Source of the DNA: Psammoneis japonica
Taxonomy: Eukaryota
Direction: 5' to 3'
DNA: 64,000 nucleotides
NCBI GenBank assembly: GCA_008632985.1
Contig: QPGO01000050.1
Location: 310,001-374,000 of the forward strand
In this document: positions 12,677 through 24,988 of the stretch, one piece after another
Position numbering within the stretch: the first letter of the stretch is position 1
Layout: each line of letters begins with the position of its first letter
Notes under the pieces: generated by a model
The model's input: the letters and a program-made list of their open reading frames with translations, nothing else
Told to the model about the DNA's origin: nothing
The model's database searches: none
Made by a program: the position numbers and the translations under genes

Positions 12677-14080
12677 GGCGAGAGGCTTGGCATTCCTGAC
12701 AGCATGCGAATCTTGCTCAAGTCGACAGTCTCGCCCATGCTACGCCCGCGACTGTGTCTCGTAGCATAAAGGTGTGGTTTAGCGACGACACTGTTTCTAC
12801 CGAAATGTGTCTAGAACATCCGCTTGGGACCTTCGGATAAAAAGATTTCATCGGAGACAGAAGCAGTGTGGACGAGACCCCGGCACAAACGCAATTCCTG
12901 GAGAGTCTCAAACTCGCTAGACGTCTTTGCTCGTTGATGCTCTGGAGCTAGCCCTATCCGAATCTCACATTGTGCCACCGACGCGCGACCGTCCCCTTAC
13001 AACGTTGCTTGGTAGCTTTGCTCATTCAGGGCATCGAGCTCGCGATTGAATAGAGGAGAATCACCCTCATTTCCCGATGAGTTAAGACCATATGTACAAT
13101 TTTGCGAAGCGATGGTTACTGCACTCCTTGTCATGGTCGTTTGTAGGCAGCGCCTCTTGGTGGGTGCGGAAGAAATTTTTAATGACATGTTTCTTCGCAC
13201 AGGCGGGGTATGATACTCCTCCACGACAGCGACGTCTCGAGCCTTGCAGATTACAAGGAGCCGAAAGCCGCCGATTTTGTGTGGCCCACCGGGAAGCGGT
13301 AAAACGATGACTTTAGCCAGTGTCCTTCGATCCATTTAATGCATTGTGCTTGCGAGTTTGAATTTTTCAAGCTGAACCACCCCCGAAATCATTCTCTCGA
13401 CTTCCCACGCAGTATTGCACGTACGAAGGCGAGCAAGGATATCGTACTCGAGCCTGCCGATAATCTAGGAGCTCAAAGCTGGGTCGTTGACTTCTGTGAA
13501 GAGATCAATCTTCCTGAGGAAGACGCACACGGAACACAGGGGGTGATTGTGTTCATTGGGCAGCTCGTAGAGCAAGGAGGCTTCTAGAGAGAAGACAACG
13601 TTTGGGTAAAAATCAATCGCATCCAGTTTGTCCGCGAATGCAGCCCCCCCCAACTGTGCTGACCGTGTAGCAATGTTCCAGCGCTTCATGAGACACGCTC
13701 CCTTGCTTCTTGTTTATTTCCCAGCTGATGATGATTCGCTTGTGCAGATTTACGGCATGATGAAGCTTCTCCCGAGTCTCAAGGGAGAAACACAGGCAGT
13801 GACCGAGGCGATAGTGGAAGTTTACTCAGACTGCCAAAAGAAATATACGCCGGACATGCAAACGCAGTATTTCTTTTCGCCAAGTGAGCTTAGTCGTTGG
13901 GTAAGAGGCATCAATGAAGCTGTTGTGCGCATGGACCAAGGTCTGTCACGTGAAGAACTACGGCTATTCGGAGATCGACTTGTTGCGCAATCCGCCTGCG
14001 AATGGTGCGAAGAAAAATCGAAGAGACCGCGAAGAAATATTTCGCTGGCGCCAACTTGCTGCTACGGTATACTAAACGTC
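12677..14080 (+). pseudogene. DYNC1H1: Cytoplasmic dynein heavy chain relic, part 1 (end of AAA2, AAA3)
   Basis: GERLGIPDSMRILL..HATPATVSR..VWFSDD; P-loop [14 protein letters not shown] (~13275-13315); [57 protein letters not shown]. Many stops and frameshifts. Confidence 0.9.
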
Positions 14081-14190
14081 CAGCTTCCTTGAGAATTACC
14101 GTCGGAATCCATTTTCTAATAGTTCGTGTACAGGGTTTCATCATCAATATGCTTCCATTCCTTTTCTCTTCTTTTTGTTTCCAGCGCACG

Positions 14191-14847
14191 CTACTTGTTC
14201 TTTCCGGAACGATTCCTCTGTCTCGCCTCCAGTCTTGCCGCACTCTTGTTAACACAGAGACTTAGAGCCCGCTGAATATCACCACATGGGACAAAGCTTG
14301 TGTTCTGTTGGTCATAGGACGTCTCAGAAATGGCCAAGACTTGACTTTGATCGTATTGCTGAAAGCATTCCTTGAGTTGGACCAAATCTGCCGCACAACC
14401 TAATGCAATTGCTCGGCATGCCCATGTAGCGTGAGTTTCCTTTGCACAGCTCGTGCATGGTTCATCCAAAACAACGTGTGGTTGATATTTTGGTGAATCT
14501 ACTCGCTTGACTTCGTCCTTTGCTGTTTCTACTACTCCGCGTAATTGTTTTGAGGGACTCCTTACAAGCTTGTCGTCACTTTCCTCTGGCACCGCCGTCG
14601 CAAGTTCCTGCCGCCACCCAAAGTATTTCATCATGCGAATCGCACAAACATTTTCATCCATGGAGCTTACATGAGGCTTCTTCTTAATACGTGCCTCTTG
14701 ACACTTTTGTAGAATTGAATCAAGCTCTCTGCATTGCTTTAATCTTTCGATTCGCTGTGCATCGTTGAAGTCCGTCCACCACGAATTCCACCAGCTGCTT
14801 TTCGTACTGACTTGCTCCTCGGAATCGACGTTGGTGTTCTTCGCCAT
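14191..14847 (-). CDS. Hypothetical 218-aa protein with Cys pairs (CHCH/Cx9C-like spacing), inside the dynein interruption
   Basis: Uninterrupted ATG-stop ORF with normal composition: CRELDSILQKC, CAKETHATWACRAIALGCAADLVQLKEC, CGDIQRALSLC. Confidence 0.7.
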   Translation of the reverse strand: MAKNTNVDSEEQVSTKSSWWNSWWTDFNDAQRIERLKQCRELDSILQKCQEARIKKKPHVSSMDENVCAIRMMKYFGWRQELATAVPEESDDKLVRSPSKQLRGVVETAKDEVKRVDSPKYQPHVVLDEPCTSCAKETHATWACRAIALGCAADLVQLKECFQQYDQSQVLAISETSYDQQNTSFVPCGDIQRALSLCVNKSAARLEARQRNRSGKNK

Positions 14848-15108
14848 GATGATTCAAGAAGCACCAGAGACAATGAAGAGTTTAGAAATATGGATGCTAT
14901 TCGACTAGAGAGAGTCTAGCGCACAGCGTTGTAAACGGCACGGATCGATATTATTTTTTCTAGCTGAGGTGTCATGGTGCCGACTTACTATCGACCGACC
15001 GAAATTTGGCGGCCGTCCGCCGTCCGGCTTTCTCAAACCAGCACTGACCACACGCACCGCACTATGCACCGCAGACCAAGCGCAGACCGCGAAGAAATCT
15101 TCACACGG

Positions 15109-15825
15109 TAGAGTAGAACGCAATTTAAGGCCCGGCTAAGAACTCCATCTATGAAGACGACATAATGCGCGTGCATTTCGCACTTTTATGTGTTTATAAT
15201 ATGAAAGATCTCGTTGAACTTGTCAGAAAAAAAATTATTCCACTTTCTCAAATCCGTGTAGTTGATGAGTTTTGTCGCGGGAACCAAAATGTCCGAAGAG
15301 CGAGGATGATAGGATGGTCGTGATTTAAGGCCCTCCACGTCACATACGTAGAATTAGTACTACGTCCTACGTAGGATCCCACATCGCATCGATACGACAT
15401 AAACGATGCACCATGGCGCCGCCGAAGAAGCCTCCGAAGACGGAAGAATGTGCTCCATCATGTTTGTTGACTGTGTCATCTTTCTTTGTGAAGGTCAGTA
15501 CAATAAGGAGAAACTAGTTGTAATTTTCAAAAGCAAGAAGAGTTCAATGAGAGGCACCAGAGAAACAGAGGAGAGCCATGAGGAGCAAGTCAATGGATCC
15601 ATTGACTGCAGCGACGAAGTGGTGTAGTATTGTTCGTTTGGACCTCCATTTGTGGTGGCATGGTCATTTTTTTGCAGCTGCACTGCAGGTGGAAACGGCC
15701 GCTGACCATTCGTCGAGCACTGTTCTCGTGATGTTTTTGTGGAGCTCGTACCTCGAATCCATGATTTGAGCCTGATAGCACAAGGGCCTTAATTCACGCC
15801 GGGCCTTAAATTGCGTTCTACTCTA
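15109..15825. mobile_element. Non-autonomous Tc1/mariner(pogo)-type element or MITE, ~713 bp, 26-bp perfect TIRs, TA target duplication
   Basis: ta-gagtagaacgcaatttaaggcccggc at 15109-15136 and its exact reverse complement gccgggccttaaattgcgttctactc-ta at 15798-15825. Confidence 0.9.
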
Positions 15826-15829
15826 AAAA

Positions 15830-18800
15830 GAGCCGCGCTGTCAGCTGTCAGCCGGGAGGAGCTCAAGGATTTCCTTGGCGCAAGGCTTCGAGTGTTTTTA
15901 TGAAAAGGAGCATGACATTCCTCTTGTCCTTCGTCCTATTCGATGAAATTTTTTATCACGTACTCGAATTGGCATTGTTTGCTAGTCGGAGATGCCGGTG
16001 CAGGGGAAGACGGTTCTTTCCAAATTTGTCGCGTGAATGAATAATGGTCTCACTTATGATATGCCACCAGATAAAGGCGCATACTCTCGCTATGGCATCG
16101 AAGATTTCTACGAAGATTTACGTGGCATCATGCGTCGAGTTGGTATTGACGGCGACAAAAAAATGAGCTTCATCTTTGACGAAAGTAACGTTCCCTTGCT
16201 CCGGTTTCATTGAAGCGATGAATGCTCTGCTACTAAGCGAGCGGGGAAGTACCGGGAGTTTTTTAAAGGTGATGACTGCAATTCGCTAATGCGAATGAAT
16301 GCCTCTCGCGAGAGCGCAGCGCATGAGATGGAGTTATTGTCGACTGTGATGAAGAGCTCTGGAAGCGCTTCACCAGCATTGTGCAGCGAAACTTGCATGT
16401 TGTCTTCACGATGAGGTAGATTGACTTGGAACTTGGGGGGGACTACAGTAGCACTAGAGGGCAGGTTGGTAAAGAATTCACAAAGTCTCTCGACGTTGGG
16501 GATGCCGAAGCAGTCGGAGGACTCTGGGGTTTTGGAGATGGGAGCTTCTCATGCAGCGAGTTAGTGACCCCTTTGAAGGCATTACACCGGGTGGACTGCG
16601 ACAGGCACCTCTCACAGCACTTGTGGAACTCCACCAGATTTACAAGAGCGTTGCAGAATAGAGTACGTTGTCGAGGAGTATGCAGAGCCTTCATTTGTCC
16701 TCGAGACTACCTTGCTCTTATCCAGATTTTTGTACCATTTTAACGCGGGCTTGTCTACTTTAATTGCATCAGACACAAGAGAACGGCACTGTGCTGAAAC
16801 GGGACTAGAAGCAAAGATAAGAAGGCCGAGCTCCGCGAGAAGGAGACTCTGGCGAATGAGAAATTTCAGCAAATGGTGGCAGACCAGAATGTAGCCGAAC
16901 AGAGGAAAGAAGAAGCCGACAGAATTAATTTAGAAGTGGAAAACCAGCAAGTTGCCATAAATGCTCGCAAAGAAGAAGCGAACCGGCTCCGAAATCTGTA
17001 TAGGGCCCTAGGAGATTGTAACAGGGTTTAAGAAGCGAGACTTGGATGAAGTTCATAATTTGGCAAGGCCGCCGAACATCGTGAAACTGACACACGAATG
17101 CATTGCCATCATGCTTGGCGAAAAGAAAATCGAATGAGCGGACGTGAGCAAGCTCCTAAGCAAGAGTTATTTCATTTCAATCATTCTAAACTTTGATGCA
17201 GACAAACTACCACCAAAGCAAATCAAACCGGTGCAAGGCAGGCATAGAGTACTTCTTGGACGGCAACAGTGATCTGGCATAAAACGTTGCAAGGAGCGTC
17301 AAAGCTTGCGGTCCTCTGTACAGGTGGGCCGAGTCACAGATAAAGTCCTCGAGTGTGTACAATCGCGTACAGCCATAACCGGTAAGCGAAGAAGTCGAAA
17401 GGCTGGAGACCGAAGCCAAGGTTGTCAAGGATGAAAAGAAGAAGATCGGAGATGAAGTCAAAGAGCTCGAGTCTTCAATCGCGCAGTATAAGGCTGACTA
17501 CGCAAGCTTGATAAACGACTTTGAATCGCTGAAGAGCGAAATGGATGTTATATCTACGAAGGTAGACCGAGCACTTTTATTAAGAGTACGATGGTCGAAA
17601 AACTCCGAAGGTTTCCAGTGCATTTTCAGAATCTGGTCGGAGACGGCTAGATCCTTTGACTTTTCGAAGACAATATCTTGATGGACCGATGACAGAATAC
17701 TTCAGCCACGCTTGGTATTGAATAATATTAGGACCCTGGCCTTGTTGAGTCGCTTGGTGAGGCGTCGGAGAGGCTCTAGTGGAAAGAAGAAGGTCTTCCC
17801 GGTGATCAGCCGATCTTCGAAAGCGGCGTGATTCTGGATCACTGTGTGCGTTTCCCTTTCGTCATTGAACCATCAGGCCAAGCTATTGACTTTCTCATGC
17901 ACAGACACAAGACCAGAAGCTATTTTTCTCGAGAAAGCTTTCATGAAGATATGAGAGGAGATGTTAGATTCGGAGCCACCTTGTTGGTAGAAAATGTGGA
18001 AACGGTCGACCCCGTGCTCAATCCCGTTCTTAACAAAGAGATCCAGAGGGCTGGAGGAAACACCCTGTGAGAATTGGAACTGAAGACGTCGACTACAGCC
18101 CAAAACTCTCTACCGGCATCATTCTTGGTACCAAGAAACCTTCCGTTGAACTGACTCCCAATCTTTGCTCCAGGGTGACGCTTGTGAATTCTACTGTAAC
18201 CCCCGCCAGTCTCCAAAGTCACAGTATTGAGTAGGGTTGTAAAAGCCGAACGGATTGAGTCGAGACGAAGAGGAAGGATATTCTCAACGCGAGCAGAATG
18301 TGAAGTTGAGGGAGCTTGAAGACCAGATGTTAGCGAAGATTAGTGCTTGCGAAGGCAGTATCCTGGACGACGACCGTGTTGTCGAGGGAATGGATATTTT
18401 TGATGAAGGAACGGTCACAAGTCGAAGAGCAAATATCGCACAGTGCGGAGTATGGCTCAAGTGCACAGCTCGATCAGCAAGTTCGAGCCTTTCGGTCTTA
18501 CTTGTCGGAAGTTGTTCGTCCTACTCGAGGCAATGAGAGAGGTCATTGCCATGTATGAACCAGCGCTACATCGTTTATGTACATGCTTCACCACGTTCTC
18601 GAGAAGAACCAAGGTACAGAAGGGGGCACGAGCAGAGCAGAGAATTACTTCCCTTACTACCTCTCTGTACAGGGAGGTCGCAGCGAGAGTCGGGCGTAGC
18701 CTGATGATTGTAGATATCTTTGGTGCCTATCTCCCATGGCACGGACGGGGGCTGAATCCTGTTAAGGCGGTTATGGAAGACGAGATTGTTTCTACCGAAC

Positions 18801-19630
18801 CTCTGATGCTCTGTAGTGCTCCAAAGGTCACGATGTTAATTTCCGCATCGAGGAGTATATGGAGCGCGAAGGAAAGAAAGAGTTGTCTGCGATAGCCATG
18901 GGTTTGTGACAGCAGACAAGCTTGTCGCAGGTGTTTCCAAGCGTGGGACATGAGTGATGCTTGAAAATTGCCACTTGTGTTCCGATTGTTTCGCGAGACA
19001 TTCGTCAAAAAAGCTCAATCTTTGGGGGCCGGGACGCACCCAGACTTCCGGATCTTCATTACGTCTGAGATCAACCCAAAGCTCCCAACAGCTCTTTTCC
19101 GCATCAGCGACATAATTTTTGCGGGAAGCGCCAACTGGTGTCAAGGCGTCGCTGTCACGCTTCTTCACGAGCATCGCCAGCGAACGCTTCCAGCATCGGT
19201 ACGCAATCGCCTTTACCATTTCTTGGATGGGCTCGCGAGGTTGTCCGAGAAAGACTGCACTATGATCCTGTAGGGTGGACCGAAGCTTACGAATTCATGG
19301 AATCCAACGCCAGACATGGTTTGGATGTTATTGACTCTCTCGTGAACGAGGCGTCTAGAGGAAAGAAGCAACTCGACCCAGAAAAACTTTCTTGGGATGC
19401 CATGCACTCAACTCTCTGCACAGGAGTTTTCGGTGGAAGAATCACCAAGTCGGCGGACCAAGATGTGGTGGACAAGATTGTGAGCACTGTCTTTGTTTAA
19501 ATGTCAACTTTGAACTGGTTGATGCGGACAATGCCGCCTGTCTTACTGACGGAAGCTCGTACGAAGAATGCTTCAGTTGGATTGATTCGCTTCCCGACCA
19601 TGCCCCGCCAACATTGATCGGGATAGATGG
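15830..19630 (+). pseudogene. DYNC1H1: Cytoplasmic dynein heavy chain relic, part 2 (AAA4, stalk, AAA5, AAA6, C-terminal region) with internal deletions
   Basis: VSREELKDFLGARLRV; FIFDESNV..GFIEAMNALL; ALQNRV; RFPFVIEPSGQA; VENVETVDPVLNPVLNKE; LRELEDQML..EGSILDDDRVV; HPDFRIFITSEINPKLP; PVGWTEAYEF; GVFGGRI. Confidence 0.9.
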
Positions 19631-20064
19631 AGGGGCAAGAGGATTGCCGTTTTTTTCGTTAGCAAGTCTGTCGCGTACCGGTAGCCGAAGCGCGAGAGTT
19701 CCATCAAGGTTAGACACGGACGAGGCCGGGATCTACTACAGTATCAAAATCATAACCCAGTGCAGTGGAGTGCAGTCGAAATAAGCATCTATGCCTACTA
19801 CTGCGTAGTCGTTAGTGGAAAGAATCGTGATTCTTGTAACTCAGCTTCTTTCGATCTTACTTTTATTCATGACTGTTTTCCTTGTGAATTCAGATTCACT
19901 TTCGTCGACCAAGACGATAGCAGGAAGTAGGTTACTTTTAGCCAAGGCCTTTGCTCTAGCTTCATCAGTGCCACACACTGAGTTCCTAAGCGCGTCAAAC
20001 TTACGCTCGGCTTCTTCGCGTTGCTTCGTAAATCTCTTGACCTTACTTTGAGGCTTTGTTTGCA

Positions 20065-20132
20065 ATCTTATGCCTCTCTTAAAATTTGTGTCGAACGTAT
20101 CTTATGCCTCTCTTAAAATTTGTGTGGAACGT
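20065..20132. repeat. 34-bp tandem duplication
   Basis: atcttatgcctctcttaaaatttgtgt(c/g)gaacgt x2. Confidence 0.9.
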
Positions 20133-20880
20133 CATTTCTTTGTTTCCGATACTTTGCTGCCTCCTTATTCACTTCATCTCTTGATCGTGAGTAATCTTTT
20201 GCATCACGCAGTAGGCTCAGATTAAGGGCCGTCACTGCCCTCTTCTTCGATGAGCACACCTGGCTTTTTTGCACTGCCGGAAACCTTGTTTCTAGAGATG
20301 TGTGCTTTATTCTGTCTGTTGGAATATAATAGAAAGAAATTTCAGGCTGGCAAAGACAACACAGTCTTTGGGGCTCGCGGAAATTGTGAAGGCGAGATCT
20401 GCGAGTTTAATAAAATCTAAAACGATGAAGATTACTATTAGTGGAACATTCTTAGAAAACAGATACAATCAATTTCTATGAATTTTGTCGCAACGGACAG
20501 CAAGCATTTGGCCATTTCTGATTGGTCCAAACACTCGTGTGTTTCGCATGCAAGTAGTACCCGTAGCTTCGTACTTGAAGATAAAGATACCTTCATGTTC
20601 AGTTGGGTGGCGTTGGGGTGCGGGAAATGAATGAAAAAATGGGACGAGCCCAACGTCATCGATCGCAATCCTCACACATGCATTCACATCATCGCCTGAT
20701 GCCATTCCCATCACACAGCATCGATACCTGCGGCGAAGAGAAGGACAAAGACAAATTGGCAGTTGTGGAATTCTATTGAATAACATTTATTTGATCCTGC
20801 AAGACTCTGTGAAACAGTTTCGAGGACGAAAGGCCTAAATTTCATTGAAGAGCAACAATCACAAATAATTCAGTACGACG

Positions 20881-22261
20881 ATGAATGGGAAAAGAAGACT
20901 CGCGATGCGGGGTTCACATATACAAATGCAGCGAAGTATACTAGCTTCTCTGTGTTTTGTCTTTTCTTTGTCGAGGCCTATATTTGCATTTACTCAATCA
21001 TCGGCGTTCCAACAACGACAAACACAAAACAAACTAGCTTCCATGGACGGCGATGGATTCCGACGTCTGACGACCTTGTGTAAAGCAACCCCTTCGCCGC
21101 ATTCCAACCTAGCAGTCTCGCTAGATCAACCTCTCTTTTCTCCATTGGATACTCCATCTGCTACTTCTAAAGTCACGTCGAAAATATCTGGAAATTTCGT
21201 CAAGACGTCGCCGTTGGTGAAGGTGCTGGTTTCGGATGTTGCCAAGGCAGGTATTGTGGCGTTTTGTTTGGCAGTAGGTCTCTCAGTTCTTGCACGAACT
21301 TCGTTGTTAGAGTCCGTTCAGTCGAGAGCAATATCAGCATTCAAATTGGTGAGGGGGCGGATGCAGCGTTTCATGGAAAGGTTTCAAAAAGAAGAAAAAG
21401 GAGTACCAATGGCTTTCAACCCTGACGTTGGAGATGGATGGGAGCGCTGCACTTTGAGGGCGAAGCGAACTCTTGGGAAGACTTCTTTTGCTGAATACGA
21501 CTTTGATCTGCCGGCGCCAAATAATGTATTGGGGCTAGATTTAGGGCAAAAGCTGCACATGTGCTGTGTGGACAATGAAAACCGCATGGCAAAAGGAGAG
21601 TTCTTTCCGTACACAGATAAAAAGTCTGACTGTTCCTTCTCAATACTGGTTCCAAATCGATCAATTAAGGAGAATCAGATTGAAGTCGGGAGAGATGCTG
21701 CTAATTTTGTAAGTCACAATGGGGATTCGGTGTGAATCGAATTGGCTTTGCTGAGCTCACGTTGTTTTCCCGTGACCTTTCGCGCAGGCTCGCGTGTTGA
21801 GGGAGGACATGAAAGTCGGGGACGAGGTTGCATTGAAAGCAGGGGATCGGCGACTAAGTTACCGTGGTGAGTACTTGCCCGTGACAGATATGCTCTATAT
21901 TGCGAATGGTGTCGGGATCGTTCCTGTGATGGAGCAGGCAAGAACTGTTCTGAAGAGCCGATCGTCAAGTGTCAAGAGCGTTGAAGTGGTCTGGGTGAAC
22001 CGTGACACAAAAGACTTTGATGTCATAGCGGGGGAGCTGGAGAGTGAATACTACAAGCACTATAATAAGCTTTCTGTGCAATGCGTTGTCGACGACATAA
22101 GGTCACACGCACTGGAGCAAAATAGCGAATTGCAATCCGCTGTACCAAATTTCAGACCCGGCATAATGGCAGTAATTTCAGGACCGCCGGATATCTCTCA
22201 GAAGACGAAAATGTATTTGATAGATCGAGGATATCCAGAAGACTGTATTTGTGTGCTATGA
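20881..22261 (+). CDS. FNR/cytochrome b5 reductase-family FAD/NAD-binding oxidoreductase, likely plastid targeted; intron 21709-21787
   Basis: YDFDLP..VLGLDLGQ, MKVGDEVALKAG, MLYIANGVGIVPV, VISGPP. In-frame gtaagt...cgcag intron. Signal peptide ending FAF. Confidence 0.85.
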
Positions 22262-22469
22262 AGTGCGAGGGGCTAAATATATGTGAAAGTGAGAACTAGT
22301 GCAACTTTATGAACAAACAGCACCTCTGTCAAGTTTATGGCTTTAGCGTTTGTTTGGGACGAGGGAACTAAGCATGGTGTTGAGCGTTGCAATTGAAACA
22401 CCTGCGTTCTTTAACGCAATATAGCAGAGAATCCAAACGGTCTTTCTGCACGATGGCTACTGCTGACCT

Positions 22470-23684
22470 CTACACAAAGCTAGCTAGCAGTAACAACACC
22501 GACAGTTTGGCTTCATTCACGCTCTTGTCCAAAAGATTCCTGTCTTCTCCTCCCGTTCTGTAGACATTAAACGCACGTAGCAGCATAAGGCCGCTACCAA
22601 ATCCAGCCAGTAGCAGTCTCCTGTTGTGTCGCTCAAGTATCGGTCCGACCAACGCAAGCGCCGACATGTTCACAGTAAAGGCCAGCCCGATAGTTGCACC
22701 AAACTTTCGCCCGTACTTGACTGGAACGGTCCGAACACGATGAAGACGATCATCTGCAACATCATTTATATCCATAAATATCTCTCTTGCCATAAACCCC
22801 GAAAAGAGCATCCCAACCAATCGCCAAAGAGATGTTTTTTTGAGTAAGGGCTCTGTCGCACACGTCCCAGCCAAGAACATGGCGCCTGCCCCCGACGTGA
22901 TTGGTGCAAATGCCATGATGCTAGCACACACAAAGTTCTTAAGCCATGTAATGGGTTTCAGATGCTTTGTGTACCAATATGTCAACATCAAGGCCGCCAT
23001 GACAGAAAGACGAGACACGTTTCCAGGCATGACTGCGGCTCCCAAAAGCAAGAGGGCGTATTCATAGTTGAGAAACGCCCGCACCACTGACAGTGGCAGT
23101 TCTCCATCTACAAGAGCAGTGTGTTTCCTAGCGTCTACACCTGACTTTGCGTCATAGTAGTCGTTAATCACCATGGACGTAAAGCTCACTCCAATCAGGA
23201 CGAAAAGTGTCACAATCATTTGCGGCTTGACTAGTACTGGCCACAAGAGCGACTTATCTGATAGGGACAGATAGACTCCAAGGATATGGAGCAAACAGAC
23301 TCCCGGAAGATTTGATGGACGGCACATTTGAAAGAGAGATTTCATGCTGGAGGCAAAAGTCGGGTTGGTCTTGGACTGCGTCAGCTCCGAATTTGCTCCC
23401 GGAGAATGAACGACCGGTTCGATGCTTTCGACTCCTTCCGAAGATGCAATAAACACGTGCCGAGATTCTTCAGTGTCTTCATCCTTGATTTTTTCCTCGT
23501 CTTCTGCCAGTGACTCGCCACGGGTCGTGGACAATGCCGATCTCGTGTCAGCGGGTCGTCGTCGTCGAAATGAAACACTTGGGTATTTTTCCCATGATAT
23601 CGGAAGTCGTGCAGAAAACCCCAGCGTTCCTGAGACAACTGAAAGAAGGATTCCAAACACTTTCAGGTACCAACGTAGCGACAT
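22470..23684 (-). CDS. UbiA-family prenyltransferase (DGGGP-synthase-like), likely plastid targeted
   Basis: MCRPSN, INDYYDAKSGVD, REIFMDINDVADD..VRTVPVKYG; multiple TM helices. Confidence 0.9.
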   Translation of the reverse strand: MSLRWYLKVFGILLSVVSGTLGFSARLPISWEKYPSVSFRRRRPADTRSALSTTRGESLAEDEEKIKDEDTEESRHVFIASSEGVESIEPVVHSPGANSELTQSKTNPTFASSMKSLFQMCRPSNLPGVCLLHILGVYLSLSDKSLLWPVLVKPQMIVTLFVLIGVSFTSMVINDYYDAKSGVDARKHTALVDGELPLSVVRAFLNYEYALLLLGAAVMPGNVSRLSVMAALMLTYWYTKHLKPITWLKNFVCASIMAFAPITSGAGAMFLAGTCATEPLLKKTSLWRLVGMLFSGFMAREIFMDINDVADDRLHRVRTVPVKYGRKFGATIGLAFTVNMSALALVGPILERHNRRLLLAGFGSGLMLLRAFNVYRTGGEDRNLLDKSVNEAKLSVLLLLASFV

Positions 23685-24340
23685 GCTTGTGTTTCAATTA
23701 TCAATAACAGTGCCGCATTGCCTCCGTGTCGACAACAACAGAACAATGTCATACTCTCGAGTCTTGGAAGCGAATGAGCTTGGAACACTTCTTTTCCCGC
23801 GCAAAAAATGCTGTCAACGCTCGACCAATCAAAATGCATGATTCTCAAATTCCCTCCGACATGGATTTCGCACGAGAACAACGATGATAGAGACACAGAC
23901 AAACAGATTTCTTACCGGATACTTGGAATCAACTCCCGTACAAAGTTTCGTATGTAGGAATCAGTACAAAATGTACGCAAGCTGCTGCCCGCATGTTGAG
24001 CTCCGAGGCAGAACTGATTGTGTTGGGGTCTATCTCGAGGTGTGTATGGTGACCATGGCGTTAATTGCTGTTCATGACGAATTCAGTTTGTAGCGTTATT
24101 CGTTGATATGAGTGTTATGGTGATTATGGGGTGGAATAAAGAGTGATTGAATGTGGTGTGGAAGGCAGAATGGCATCGCGATTCACGCAAATATCCCATG
24201 GCGATGAAATGTGGTGGCGACGGACAAACGCATGCTCATCCGACATTGAACGTGATGAAGACACGGAGTAGCTGTGTCGTTGTGATAATAAATGGCTGAC
24301 TTTGCTGATTCTCTTTTTTCTTTTTCAGAATAAAATTACA

Positions 24341-24706
24341 ATGGTGAAGGCATACGAACTTCGATCCCAGTCCAAAGAGGAGCTCCTCAAGACTTTGGGC
24401 GACTTGCGCAAAGAGCTTTCTGAATTGGCCGTCGCAAAGGTGACCAATGGGGCTGCCGCCAAGATTGCCAAGATCAAGAGTGTGCGCAAGTCGATTGCTC
24501 GGGTATTGACTGTACACAACCAACAACAAAAGGAGGGACTTCGTAAGGCTGCCGCTGGTTCCAAATACATGCCAAAGGATTTGCGTGCCAAGAAGACACG
24601 TGCGATGCGCAGAGCTCTCACTAAGGCGGAACGCAACCAAAAGACTCTGAGGCAAGTCAAAAAGGAATTGGCATTCCCTAAGCGTAAATACGCAGTCAAG
24701 GCGTAA
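24341..24706 (+). CDS. RPL35: 60S ribosomal protein L35 (uL29); probable 5'UTR intron with acceptor at ~24328
   Basis: [49 protein letters not shown]. Confidence 0.97.
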   Translation: MVKAYELRSQSKEELLKTLGDLRKELSELAVAKVTNGAAAKIAKIKSVRKSIARVLTVHNQQQKEGLRKAAAGSKYMPKDLRAKKTRAMRRALTKAERNQKTLRQVKKELAFPKRKYAVKA

Positions 24707-24988
24707 CTTGGAAGTAATAAAAGTGTATGCCAATCTTTATTTCATGTTATTTTTGGGAGTTGATGCCTGTTCTTGTACCATCGCGGGACCAAAACTTGCC
24801 TCGTAGCGGTTGCATTTTGCGGTCTAGTGGGGAGTGCGAAAATGTGAAAGTGTACACTACTATTCTTTAGTCTTTTTAATTCAATATGGTTGTGCCGTCC
24901 TTCATGCAAACTATAGCATGTCATATGCAAACTACTACAGAATGAGAATTATAGCTCGTGATTCGCGATGCTCTCCATTCGCTGCAAC

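Noticed and set aside
24250..24300. Box C/D snoRNA in the RPL35 leader intron
   Set aside because: gtgatga...ctga are only ~45 nt apart, there is no terminal stem, and ctgac is better read as the branch point
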